Source: an uncultured Christensenella sp.
GTDB lineage: Bacteria; Bacillota; Clostridia; Christensenellales; UBA3700
DNA length: 64,000 nt
Direction of reading: 5' to 3'
Assembly (NCBI GenBank): GCA_949290515.1
Contig: CASERZ010000010.1
Coordinates: 22,153 to 86,152 of the forward strand
The position numbers and the translations under genes are program-made. Positions 56,200 to 64,000 of the stretch are shown here, piece by piece; the stretch's first letter is position 1; the number at the start of each line of letters is the position of its first letter. The notes under the pieces were generated by a model that did not search any database, was not told the DNA's origin, and saw nothing but the letters and a program-made list of their open reading frames with translations.

Positions 56200-57594
56200 T
56201 CAACCCCCGTAAATCACATTTTTTCCGTCCTCGAAAGGCACGTCGTTGAAAAGTCTTATACAGCCGTTGTCGTGCTTGTTGAAAAGTTTTACGCTTATTT
56301 GCCCGCCTTCGTATTCAAAAGAATACGACTTTTGACAAAACTGCATCAAATCTCCCGCCTTGAAAGGCTCGTCGGGAGTAACCTCTTTGCCGTCAACGTA
56401 AATTTTCATATCGCAATAATAAGGACTGGCAAATCCGTAGTTGGTGAGCATAAAACTTGCTTTTCCGTCCGTGATTTTCAAGTCTGACGCTACAAGCTGA
56501 TATCCCAGATGGTATTTGAGATAATCGAACGCACTGATTTTGCCGCCCTCTAGTAAAGCGGGATTGAAAGGAAGATTTTTTTGCCGCATACAGTCCTCGT
56601 CGAGGAAAACTTCTTTGGCTTGCTCGAGAGCGTATTTTTGTCCTTCGTCCTCGTTATAATTATGCTCGATAGAAAGCGTGGTGAGTCCGTAACCGACGCA
56701 CTGCTTCACTACCCCTAATATATCAATTTCGTCCCCCGCTCTTCCCCACGGCAATTCACCGTCTGTCACGGTATGTTTACACTTATTGAGAAGGAGAGTA
56801 TATTGTTCGTCTTCCCAGTCCATCATACCCCACTCGTGGTCGTAGCCTACGAGAAAATCGTCGTGTACGGAAAATCTGTACTCGAGCTCGTCGGGTACTT
56901 GCGTAAGCATTTGGGGCGTACGCACCATAATAGGCACGCCCTCGGGCACCATATCCGCTACAGCGGCTGCGACGCGTTTTACGCTGTGTTTATGCACGCT
57001 TCCGTGTCCCTCTCCCCAAAGTCCTATCATACCCATCTGCATAGCGTATACTACGTCGTAAAATAGTGCTTCGTTTTGCTCAAAAAAGACTTTTATCTGC
57101 TTGCAGTGGCTTTCGATTCTGCTTGTTGTAGGTCCGTTTTTCTGTCCTTGATTCGTTTCGTACGCAAAGCGCAAAAGTATCTTTACGTCCTTGCTTTTTA
57201 TGTACTCCAAATATTCCTTAAGCTGTATAAATGCCGACTGAGGAATTTCCTTGTCGTAGTATTCGATAAGATAGACGTAAACCTGAAGTACCGTAATGTC
57301 CTGCTCGCCGTGACGGGTCAACTGTTCTTCGAGTTTTTGCATATAAGGCTCGCCGCTGCCGGGGTACGCCTCGTCCCTGCCGAGAGTGATATAAGTCTCT
57401 CCTCGAAAGCCCCTGTCGGGATTGTCGGCAGGCGCGTTTTGAAGAGTACAAAAAGCTATACTGTCGTCCGGCTCAAACTCAAACGCAACAGGCGCGGGAG
57501 AATAATGCTTTAAATCTATTTTGTCGCAGGCACACGAAAATACAAAAACCGCCGTCAACAAAATTATCAAAACCGCTATTATAACAATTCTCAT
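56200..57594 (-). CDS. Lipoprotein with TIM-barrel glycosidase-like DUF4874/DUF4832-type domains
   Basis: Signal peptide ending in Cys; NPDRGF, LRFAY, G.IGLWGE.H, LGYQL, N.GFA. Confidence 0.65.
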   Translation of the reverse strand: MRIVIIAVLIILLTAVFVFSCACDKIDLKHYSPAPVAFEFEPDDSIAFCTLQNAPADNPDRGFRGETYITLGRDEAYPGSGEPYMQKLEEQLTRHGEQDITVLQVYVYLIEYYDKEIPQSAFIQLKEYLEYIKSKDVKILLRFAYETNQGQKNGPTTSRIESHCKQIKVFFEQNEALFYDVVYAMQMGMIGLWGEGHGSVHKHSVKRVAAAVADMVPEGVPIMVRTPQMLTQVPDELEYRFSVHDDFLVGYDHEWGMMDWEDEQYTLLLNKCKHTVTDGELPWGRAGDEIDILGVVKQCVGYGLTTLSIEHNYNEDEGQKYALEQAKEVFLDEDCMRQKNLPFNPALLEGGKISAFDYLKYHLGYQLVASDLKITDGKASFMLTNYGFASPYYCDMKIYVDGKEVTPDEPFKAGDLMQFCQKSYSFEYEGGQISVKLFNKHDNGCIRLFNDVPFEDGKNVIYGG

Positions 57595-57713
57595 CTTATT
57601 TCCCCGTATCGATTACTGATTATATTTTATCACAGTACGCGCCCCGTATCAATAAGCGATATTTAGCCGTTTGTTGAATAAATCAAAGCATCAATCGGTT
57701 TTGTTCATAAAAC

Positions 57714-57746
57714 AAAAAATACCCTTCCCGTCGGGGAAGAGTATTT
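57714..57746 (-). terminator. Rho-independent terminator
   Basis: AAATACCCTTCCC-gtcg-GGGAAGAGTATTT. Confidence 0.7.
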
Positions 57747-57762
57747 CATTTTTTGACTGCGG

Positions 57763-58317
57763 TTATTCGGCAAGAATAGCGACTACCATTAAACCTATGT
57801 ACAACACGAACCAGATAATTTGCAAAATACCGAATATGAGACCTATCGTAGAACAAATCTTACCTGCTTTTGCAAAGCTTTCGCCGTCGTATTCTCCCGT
57901 CGATATAAGCTGCATTGCCTTCTTGGAAGAGGTGAGACCTATGATAGCCGTAATAAGCGTAAATACACCCAACAAGGACAATATACCGCATACCAGCGAT
58001 ACGGTCGCGCTCGAATTGGCAAGCTTGGGTTTGTATACGGGAGGGGGCGTGGTAGTGCGTCCCGCACCGTTGTATGTGCCGTTTTGGTTATATCCGCCGC
58101 TCTGATTGCTGCTCGCGGAAGTATTGTCGGTACCGTTGGCACTTGCGTTTGCCGACGTGAATACGTCCTCTTCGCTCCTGTCGGGAGTAACGTCTATAAA
58201 CTCGTCGGTATCGTGAGTATGGTCGATAACCTCGGTTTGTTTTTCTATTCTGTGTCCGCAGTTGCCGCAGTAAACGTCCTTCTCGTCTACTTCGCTGCCA
58301 CAATTGTCACAATGCAT
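57763..58317 (-). CDS. Zinc-ribbon + DUF4190-like membrane protein
   Basis: CDNCG...CGNCG, low-complexity linker, SLVCGILSL...AKAGKICSTIG. Confidence 0.75.
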   Translation of the reverse strand: MHCDNCGSEVDEKDVYCGNCGHRIEKQTEVIDHTHDTDEFIDVTPDRSEEDVFTSANASANGTDNTSASSNQSGGYNQNGTYNGAGRTTTPPPVYKPKLANSSATVSLVCGILSLLGVFTLITAIIGLTSSKKAMQLISTGEYDGESFAKAGKICSTIGLIFGILQIIWFVLYIGLMVVAILAE

Positions 58318-58444
58318 AATTTTTACCTCCTTGCCGAAAATCGGCTTATGTTTGTGTACAGTTATATTCTAACAAATACTTATAGATTTTTCAAGAGTTT
58401 ATTTATGTTAATCGTTCACAATTTATGCAAATCGTACATAAATT

Positions 58445-58882
58445 TTATTTGTCGATGACGTATTGCGTATATTCCAAAGGTCTGAAACCCTCGCGGCAGT
58501 ACAGTCTTACAGCGCCGTCGTTGCTTTCTTCGACCTCTAGTCGGATTCGGGCAAAATCTCCGTACTGTTTTTTTACAAAACGCAAGAATTCTCCGCCCAG
58601 TCCCTTGCCTCTGAAACGTGCCGAAACGTATATCTCCTCTATCCAAACTACTTTTCCGCCCGCTTCGTTGCTGAATGTGTAAGCCGTGAGAGCGTAACCC
58701 GCACACTCCTTTCCGCATTCCAGAATATACAAATCCAGATAGGGGCTACCCTTTTGCGCCTCGTCGAGAGTGGCTATCATATTTTTCTCGGGTATAGGAT
58801 GCTCTACAGCTTCAGAAGAATAAAACTCCTTCATCATAACAAGCGTTTGTTCTCTGTCTTTTTCAGTGTATTTGCGAATCAT
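58445..58882 (-). CDS. GNAT-family N-acetyltransferase
   Basis: WIEEIYV...RGKGLG, N..A.RLY...GF. Confidence 0.9.
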   Translation of the reverse strand: MIRKYTEKDREQTLVMMKEFYSSEAVEHPIPEKNMIATLDEAQKGSPYLDLYILECGKECAGYALTAYTFSNEAGGKVVWIEEIYVSARFRGKGLGGEFLRFVKKQYGDFARIRLEVEESNDGAVRLYCREGFRPLEYTQYVIDK

Positions 58883-58995
58883 ATTGACCTCCGTCAAATA
58901 CAATATACCAAATTATGCAGGTTTTTGCAATACCGGACTTTAAGTTTGTGCTCATCTCTCTTGCAAGCTACAGTATATAAGGTGTATTATACAAA

Positions 58996-59037
58996 TGTGA
59001 TTTAGTTACGGAAAAATTTGGAAATAATGTATATAAT
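58996..59037 (+). promoter_or_regulatory. Putative Crp/Fnr-type site and -10 box upstream of trxA
   Basis: GTGA-TTTAG-TTAC imperfect palindrome at 58997-59009; TATAAT at 59032-59037. Confidence 0.4.
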
Positions 59038-59067
59038 GACAGTGAAAACAATAAAGGAGTATCTGAT

Positions 59068-59379
59068 ATGGCAATAATTAAACTTACTAAAGAAAACTTC
59101 GACGAGGAAGTTCTCAACAGCGACAAACCCGTCCTCATTGATTTTTGGGCAAACTGGTGCGGCCCCTGCAGAATGTTGTCCCCTACCGTGGACGAGATAG
59201 CAGACGAGCGCGAAGATATAAAAGTATGTAAGGTCAACGTGGACAACGAAATGGAACTCGCAAGCGCATTCGGCGTATCGAGCATACCTATGCTGACCGT
59301 AATCAAGGACAAGAAGATTGTCGCTCAATCCGTGGGCGTGCAACCTAAAGCAAAAATTCTCGCTATGCTCGAGGAGTAA
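59068..59379 (+). CDS. trxA: Thioredoxin
   Basis: DFWANWCGPC, KVNVD, SIP; 103 aa. Confidence 0.97.
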   Translation: MAIIKLTKENFDEEVLNSDKPVLIDFWANWCGPCRMLSPTVDEIADEREDIKVCKVNVDNEMELASAFGVSSIPMLTVIKDKKIVAQSVGVQPKAKILAMLEE

Positions 59380-59392
59380 TCAGCCCGAAACC

Positions 59393-59426
59393 AAAAAAAC
59401 ACGGCGGGACAACCGCCGTGCATTTG
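59393..59426. terminator. Terminator between convergent genes
   Basis: CACGGCGG-gacaa-CCGCCGTG with an A-run on the left. Confidence 0.7.
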
Positions 59427-59442
59427 CTTATAGCGCGATAAA

Positions 59443-59976
59443 TTATTTATTTTTGAGCGCGTCGCGGAAAACCTTGTCCGACTCGGAGTAGACCTTTCCG
59501 CAGTACTGACATTGCGCGGTAGGTGCCTGTGCCTCGGCATACACGTTCGCACCGCAATTGGCGCACTTGAACGAAAAGTGATGCAACTCCTGCTTTCTGG
59601 CGGTAATCAATTCAAGACGCTGATTGTCGACAAAGAGATACTTATTGAGATATCCCGCTCTTATCGCGGACTGAATAAGCGCGACGGTGGTTTTTTCGTT
59701 GGTCGACATATATGTGGACAATTCCGCCACAGTATAGAGATTCTGCTCCTCTATCGCTCTCAGAAGAGTTATCGTCCTGCTGTACCCTCCGATTCGGGTC
59801 CAGCAAATAGGCGCGACGTAAAATCCGGCCACGATAAGCACTATTCCCAAAGCCATCAATATCCAGATTTTGTTTATAGCGCAAAGAACGGTCATTACTA
59901 TGCCTACCGGAAATCCTATCGTCAATATGATAGAAACGGCAAGCATTATTTTCTTTTTTTTGATAGCAGCGTCCAT
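59443..59976 (-). CDS. Hypothetical membrane protein (2 TM, winged-helix-like segment, C-terminal zinc ribbon)
   Basis: True start MDAAIKKKK after the GAGGTG RBS; CANCGA...CQYCG. Confidence 0.7.
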   Translation of the reverse strand: MDAAIKKKKIMLAVSIILTIGFPVGIVMTVLCAINKIWILMALGIVLIVAGFYVAPICWTRIGGYSRTITLLRAIEEQNLYTVAELSTYMSTNEKTTVALIQSAIRAGYLNKYLFVDNQRLELITARKQELHHFSFKCANCGANVYAEAQAPTAQCQYCGKVYSESDKVFRDALKNK

Positions 59977-60084
59977 ATTCACCTCTCTGCTTAATATTAT
60001 ATAGCTATTCGGACACAAAATCAATATGATAAGCAAAATTAAGAAAAAATATCCGAAAATTTTTATATACTCAAAGGAGTCAGT

Positions 60085-61761
60085 ATGAAAAACAAGAAAA
60101 TCGTTATCATAGGCGGCGTCGCGGGAGGCGCGACCGCGGCGGCAAGGCTGAGAAGACTTGACGAATTTGCGCAAATAACGGTATTGGAAAAGGGAGAATA
60201 CGTCTCTTTCGCCAACTGCGGTTTGCCGTATTATATCGGCGGAGAAATAAAAAGAAAATCTTCTCTCACGCTTCAGACGCCCGATAGTTTCAGAGCGCGT
60301 TTTAACGTCGACGTGCGCGTATTCAACGAGGTTACGGCAATCAACCGCGAACGCAAAACCGTAACGGTATCTGACCTTATAAAAGAAACGACTTACGAGG
60401 AAAGTTACGACAAGCTGATTATATCCACGGGAGCCTCTCCCGCCCTGCCCGCCGTCGAGGGAATAGACGACGAGCGTATATTTACTCTCAGAAACATACC
60501 CGACACGTACAAAATTAAAGAATTTACCGAACAGGCTAAGCCCCGTACCGCTCTCGTAGTCGGAGGAGGTTTTATCGGTATGGAAATGACTGAAAATCTC
60601 GTCAAAGCGGGTGTGGAGGTTACCGTCGCAACAAGATCGGACAGAGTTATGTCGCATATGGACTACGACGCGTCGTGTTTTATACACAACGAACTGAGAG
60701 CCAACGGCGTAAAACTTCTCTTCAACAACGTACCCGAGAAAATAATAAAGAAAAAAGATTGTCTCGAAGTAATCCTGTCTAGCGGAAAAAGCGTAATGAC
60801 GGATATGATTATACTTGCTCTTGGAGTTACGCCGGACAGTAAAATCGCAGTCGACGCAGGACTAGAAGTCAACGAAAAAGGCGCAATAAAAACCGATAAA
60901 AATATGCGCACCAGCGACCCCGATATCTTTGCTGTGGGAGACGCAGTAGAGAGTTACGATTTTATCACTTCGTCCCCCTCTCACGTGCCGCTTGCGGGAC
61001 CCGCTAACAAACAAGGCAGAATCGCCGCCGACAATATCGCGGGCATACCGTCTGAGTACAAGGGCACTCAAGGCTCTGCGATAGTAAAAATATTCGGGCT
61101 TACTGCCGCATATACGGGACTGAGCGAAAATCAGGCAAAAAGACGCGGGCTGAATTACGGCGTAAGTCATACCTTTTCGCCCAGCCACGCGACGTACTAT
61201 CCTCATCCCGAATATATGTCCGTGAAGACCGTCTTCGATAAGACAGACGGAAAAATACTCGGCGTGCAAATCGTAGGAGGAGAAGGAGTAGACAAACGCT
61301 GCGACGTAATGGCAACCGCGATAAGAGCGGGTATGACGGCGTACGATTTGACAAATCTCGAATTGTGTTACGCTCCGCCCTACGGCTCGGCAAAAGACCC
61401 CGTAAATATGGTGGGATACACGATTGAAAACCTGCTTACGGGCAAAGTCAAAAACTTCTACTGCGAAGATATAGACAGCCTTCTAGACAGAAAGGACGTA
61501 ACCCTTCTAGACACCCGCACGAAGTACGAATACGACAGAGGACATATCCGCGGTTTCGTAAACATTCCCGTTGACGAATTAAGGGCTAATATGAATTTGC
61601 TTGACAAGTCAAAGCCCGTATATCTCACTTGTCACGTAGGACAACGCGGCTACGTTGCGGCGCGTATTCTCTCGCAGTACGGCTATGACGTATACAACCT
61701 GAGCGGAGGATATAACCTGTACGCAACGATTATGACTTCAAAGTACCCCGAACAGGTTTAA
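60085..61761 (+). CDS. cdr: CoA-disulfide reductase with C-terminal rhodanese domain
   Basis: GGVAGGA, SFANCGLPY, GGGFIG, AVGD, YAPPY, rhodanese LDTR...GHI...CHVGQRG..NLSGG. Confidence 0.9.
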   Translation: MKNKKIVIIGGVAGGATAAARLRRLDEFAQITVLEKGEYVSFANCGLPYYIGGEIKRKSSLTLQTPDSFRARFNVDVRVFNEVTAINRERKTVTVSDLIKETTYEESYDKLIISTGASPALPAVEGIDDERIFTLRNIPDTYKIKEFTEQAKPRTALVVGGGFIGMEMTENLVKAGVEVTVATRSDRVMSHMDYDASCFIHNELRANGVKLLFNNVPEKIIKKKDCLEVILSSGKSVMTDMIILALGVTPDSKIAVDAGLEVNEKGAIKTDKNMRTSDPDIFAVGDAVESYDFITSSPSHVPLAGPANKQGRIAADNIAGIPSEYKGTQGSAIVKIFGLTAAYTGLSENQAKRRGLNYGVSHTFSPSHATYYPHPEYMSVKTVFDKTDGKILGVQIVGGEGVDKRCDVMATAIRAGMTAYDLTNLELCYAPPYGSAKDPVNMVGYTIENLLTGKVKNFYCEDIDSLLDRKDVTLLDTRTKYEYDRGHIRGFVNIPVDELRANMNLLDKSKPVYLTCHVGQRGYVAARILSQYGYDVYNLSGGYNLYATIMTSKYPEQV

Positions 61762-61790
61762 ATATAATACTAAATATATAGTAATATAAG

Positions 61791-61831
61791 TTATTTATAC
61801 AATTTACCCAAGTCTTAAATTGTATAAATAA
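61791..61831. repeat. 41-bp palindromic element, copy 2
   Basis: TTATTTATACAATTTA-cccaagtct-TAAATTGTATAAATAA. Confidence 0.85.
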
Positions 61832-61860
61832 TGGACGAAAAAGCATTTAACAGCATTTTT

Positions 61861-61895
61861 AAAGCCGACTGCCCTCAAGGCAATCGGCTTGTTTT
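61861..61895. terminator. Terminator between cdr and the Crp/Fnr gene
   Basis: AAGCCGACTGCC-ctcaa-GGCAATCGGCTT. Confidence 0.7.
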
Positions 61896-61945
61896 GTCGT
61901 TGACGTAATTGCATATCGCAGAATTAAACCTTAACTCCGCGCGCA

Positions 61946-62617
61946 TTATTTACCCGCTATTATCTTTTTGAGTTTCGATTTATCGGTTACTCTCAGCTCT
62001 CCGCGCTTGAGTTCTACTATGCCTTCCGTCTGAAAATACTTTAGCATACGCGTAACTACTTCTCTCGCCGTACCCATATATTTTGCTATCTGTTCGTGAG
62101 TGAGTTTTACGGTGTCGCTGCCCGTCTTGGCAAGCTCGTCGTTGAGAAAAATAGCAAGACGCTTGTCCGCACCCATAAACAGTATCTGCTGCATTGCCCA
62201 CATTACGTCGGAAAATCTCACGGTAGCGAGTTTGTAAGCGAAGTTTTCAAGACATACGTTTTGAGATTTTATTTTCTTGAACGTCTGCGCGCTGATTACC
62301 ACGCCCTCGGTATCCTCTTCCGCGTCAATATAGACGTCAAACGATATCGCGTCGAGCACGCACGAAGCCGAAAGTATGCATACGTCTCCTCCGTAAAGCC
62401 TGTAAAGCGTAACCTCTCTTCCGTCTTCCGAAACTATATACGTCCTCAATTGTCCCTTTGTGATGTATATCACTCCGAGACACTTTTCTTCGGAGCGGTG
62501 TACGTTTTCCCCTTTCTTAAAGGTTACTTGCCGCGACGTGGAAATCATAAGCTGTCTTTCCTCTTCGGTAAGACAAGAGAAAAATTCGCTGTTTTGCAAT
62601 ACTTCTTTTACGCTCAT
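61946..62617 (-). CDS. Crp/Fnr-family transcriptional regulator
   Basis: G.LR..I.SEDGREVTLY, THEQIA..MGTAREVVTRMLK HTH; start MSVKE after the GAGG RBS. Confidence 0.92.
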   Translation of the reverse strand: MSVKEVLQNSEFFSCLTEEERQLMISTSRQVTFKKGENVHRSEEKCLGVIYITKGQLRTYIVSEDGREVTLYRLYGGDVCILSASCVLDAISFDVYIDAEEDTEGVVISAQTFKKIKSQNVCLENFAYKLATVRFSDVMWAMQQILFMGADKRLAIFLNDELAKTGSDTVKLTHEQIAKYMGTAREVVTRMLKYFQTEGIVELKRGELRVTDKSKLKKIIAGK

Positions 62618-62708
62618 AAATACCTCTTTTAATATTTTAGCACAATCTTGAGAGTATTTACAATGTATTGACGGATTTTTTCTTAAGTCGACCGAATATC
62701 TTATAAGC

Positions 62709-63572
62709 CTACTCAGAATCGGCAATCCTCAGCATAGTCAAAGCCGCTTGCGCCGTGGTACCCTTTATGAGATTGACGAGTTTAAGCACGTCGTTTTCCT
62801 TAAGCTCAAGTATGAGCGTATGCGCTAGTCCCGCATCTTCGTCGGTGCCGTCGAAAAACGCTCTCGCGCCGTTGACGCATTTGCCGTTGACGTAAAGTCC
62901 CAGTCCGCTTTTGCCGCCCGAACAAAGGTTGTTACCCGACGCATTGAACGCAAGCTGATACAGCCCGCTTTTGGCAACGGAAATATTGCCCTCTTTGTCT
63001 TGTTTTACGCATTCGCCTTTATCAAAGACGGTATTGTCCAAAAGCACGCTTTCCCCTTCATCGTAGCTCTTTGGCTGACTGCTTCTGACGGCAAAGAGTT
63101 CGCTGTCTATAGACTTGCCGTCCTCTCCCTTGCACCCCGTTGGACCTGTACAACCTGTCGCCCCCGTGCACCCCGTTGCTCCCGTCACGCCGGTAGCTTC
63201 GGTTACGCCGGTTGCGCCCGTGGCACCCGTAGCCCCTGTCGCACCGTCAAGTCCGTCTTCTCCGTCAAAGCCTCTGGGGATGACAAAGTCGAATACGTGA
63301 GCAGTAGGCGTTCCGCTGTCGGTAACTGTCGCGAATGACCCCGGCTGAGAAGTCGTAGTAGTTCCTATGCTGAGCGTTACGCTCGCTCCCGTCGCGCCGC
63401 CCGCACCGGCAGGGCCCGTTGCCCCGGTCGCGCCCGTGGCACCTGTTGCTCCCCTCGGTCCGCTTACGTAAACGGTTTTGGGACAACATCCCGCCCCGTA
63501 TACGAGATTGCGACAATTGCCGCAACAAGCGTTGCATATATGATTTCCGTTAGGATAAAAATTAAAATTCAT
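62709..63572 (-). CDS. Collagen-like (BclA-type) spore surface protein
   Basis: Cys-rich N-terminus, two GAT/GxT triplet tracts, C-terminal C1q/BclA-like beta domain (GLYQLAF..S). Confidence 0.75.
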   Translation of the reverse strand: MNFNFYPNGNHICNACCGNCRNLVYGAGCCPKTVYVSGPRGATGATGATGATGPAGAGGATGASVTLSIGTTTTSQPGSFATVTDSGTPTAHVFDFVIPRGFDGEDGLDGATGATGATGATGVTEATGVTGATGCTGATGCTGPTGCKGEDGKSIDSELFAVRSSQPKSYDEGESVLLDNTVFDKGECVKQDKEGNISVAKSGLYQLAFNASGNNLCSGGKSGLGLYVNGKCVNGARAFFDGTDEDAGLAHTLILELKENDVLKLVNLIKGTTAQAALTMLRIADSE

Positions 63573-63713
63573 ACTCTTGTTCCTTTTTCTCTCTGTATTT
63601 ATTTATGTTTTATCGGCTTTTGCCTTTAATACATAGTATGCGATTTTGCTTTCGAGATTGAGTTGTCTTTGTCAATGCGCGCCTTTTGCGAATAAGATAA
63701 TGAAGAGGTAATT

Positions 63714-64000
63714 ATGAAGCTGAGTCTGTGTATGATAGTAAAAAACGAAGAGGAAGTGCTTGATCGTGCGCTCTCCTGCGCAAGGGTGTTTTGCGACGAA
63801 ATAATAGTAGTCGATACGGGAAGCTCGGACGATACAATAGCTATCGCAAAAGCTTTTACCGACAAAGTGTATTCCGCGCCGTTCAGAGATTTTTCCAGCG
63901 CGCGAAATTTCTCTTTGTCTAAAGCTACGGGAGATTATATTATATGGCTTGACGCCGACGACGTCGTTACTCCCGAAAACGCGCAAAAATTCAATTCTCT
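63714..64000 (+). CDS. Glycosyltransferase GT2 (5' part; type often bearing TPRs)
   Basis: Manual translation MKLSLCMIVKNEE...DEIIVVDTGSSD...DFSSARN...WLDADD. Not in the ORF track; runs off the window. Confidence 0.9.
   Translation, partial: MKLSLCMIVKNEEEVLDRALSCARVFCDEIIVVDTGSSDDTIAIAKAFTDKVYSAPFRDFSSARNFSLSKATGDYIIWLDADDVVTPENAQKFNS

Noticed and set aside
57534-57563. Partial match of spacer 1 (26621-26650) to the lipoprotein signal-peptide region: 22/30 with a 13-nt exact core AAAACCGCCGTCA
   Set aside because: It has mismatches at PAM-proximal positions 1 and 6. A 13-mer hit is expected by chance for 22 spacers against 128 kb, so this is not credible self-targeting.
59977-60687. N-terminal extension of the 414-aa ORF 59443-60687
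   Set aside because: It is an antisense shadow of cdr; the real start with RBS is at 59976.
1-64000. tRNA, rRNA, transposase or integrase genes
   Set aside because: None recognised by eye; a covariance-model scan would be needed to exclude small RNAs.

Overview
This window is chromosomal DNA from a probable spore-forming gut Firmicute (Clostridia-like promoters, RBSs and gene content; taxonomy is inferred). From left to right it holds: a TetR / CrtI-like FAD oxidoreductase / FNR-like module; a 12-gene type IV pilus locus with no pilT; a GH42 beta-galactosidase plus MelB-like symporter; an acyltransferase pair; an apparently intact type II-C CRISPR-Cas9 locus (tracrRNA, cas9, cas1, cas2, 23 repeats with 22 normal spacers); a myo-inositol catabolic cluster; a Wzx/Wzy surface polysaccharide locus; GH20; thioredoxin / CoA-disulfide reductase / Crp-Fnr genes; and a BclA-like collagen gene with a divergent GT2. 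The most striking signal is an 845-bp phage-like fragment (25740-26584) sitting exactly in the spacer position between the degenerate terminal CRISPR repeat and the first full repeat. It carries two genes cut precisely at the repeat boundaries and one intact gene, in the layout of a MuF toxin / immunity / scaffold region. Other notable items are a cytidylyltransferase-PLP fusion, an OCD-like enzyme and LicD that may build an unusual phospho-substituent, a doubled CRISPR repeat, an imperfect tracrRNA anti-repeat with a fold-back leader, and a 41-bp palindrome present twice 21 kb apart. All protein calls come from motif recognition by eye; no database searches were run.
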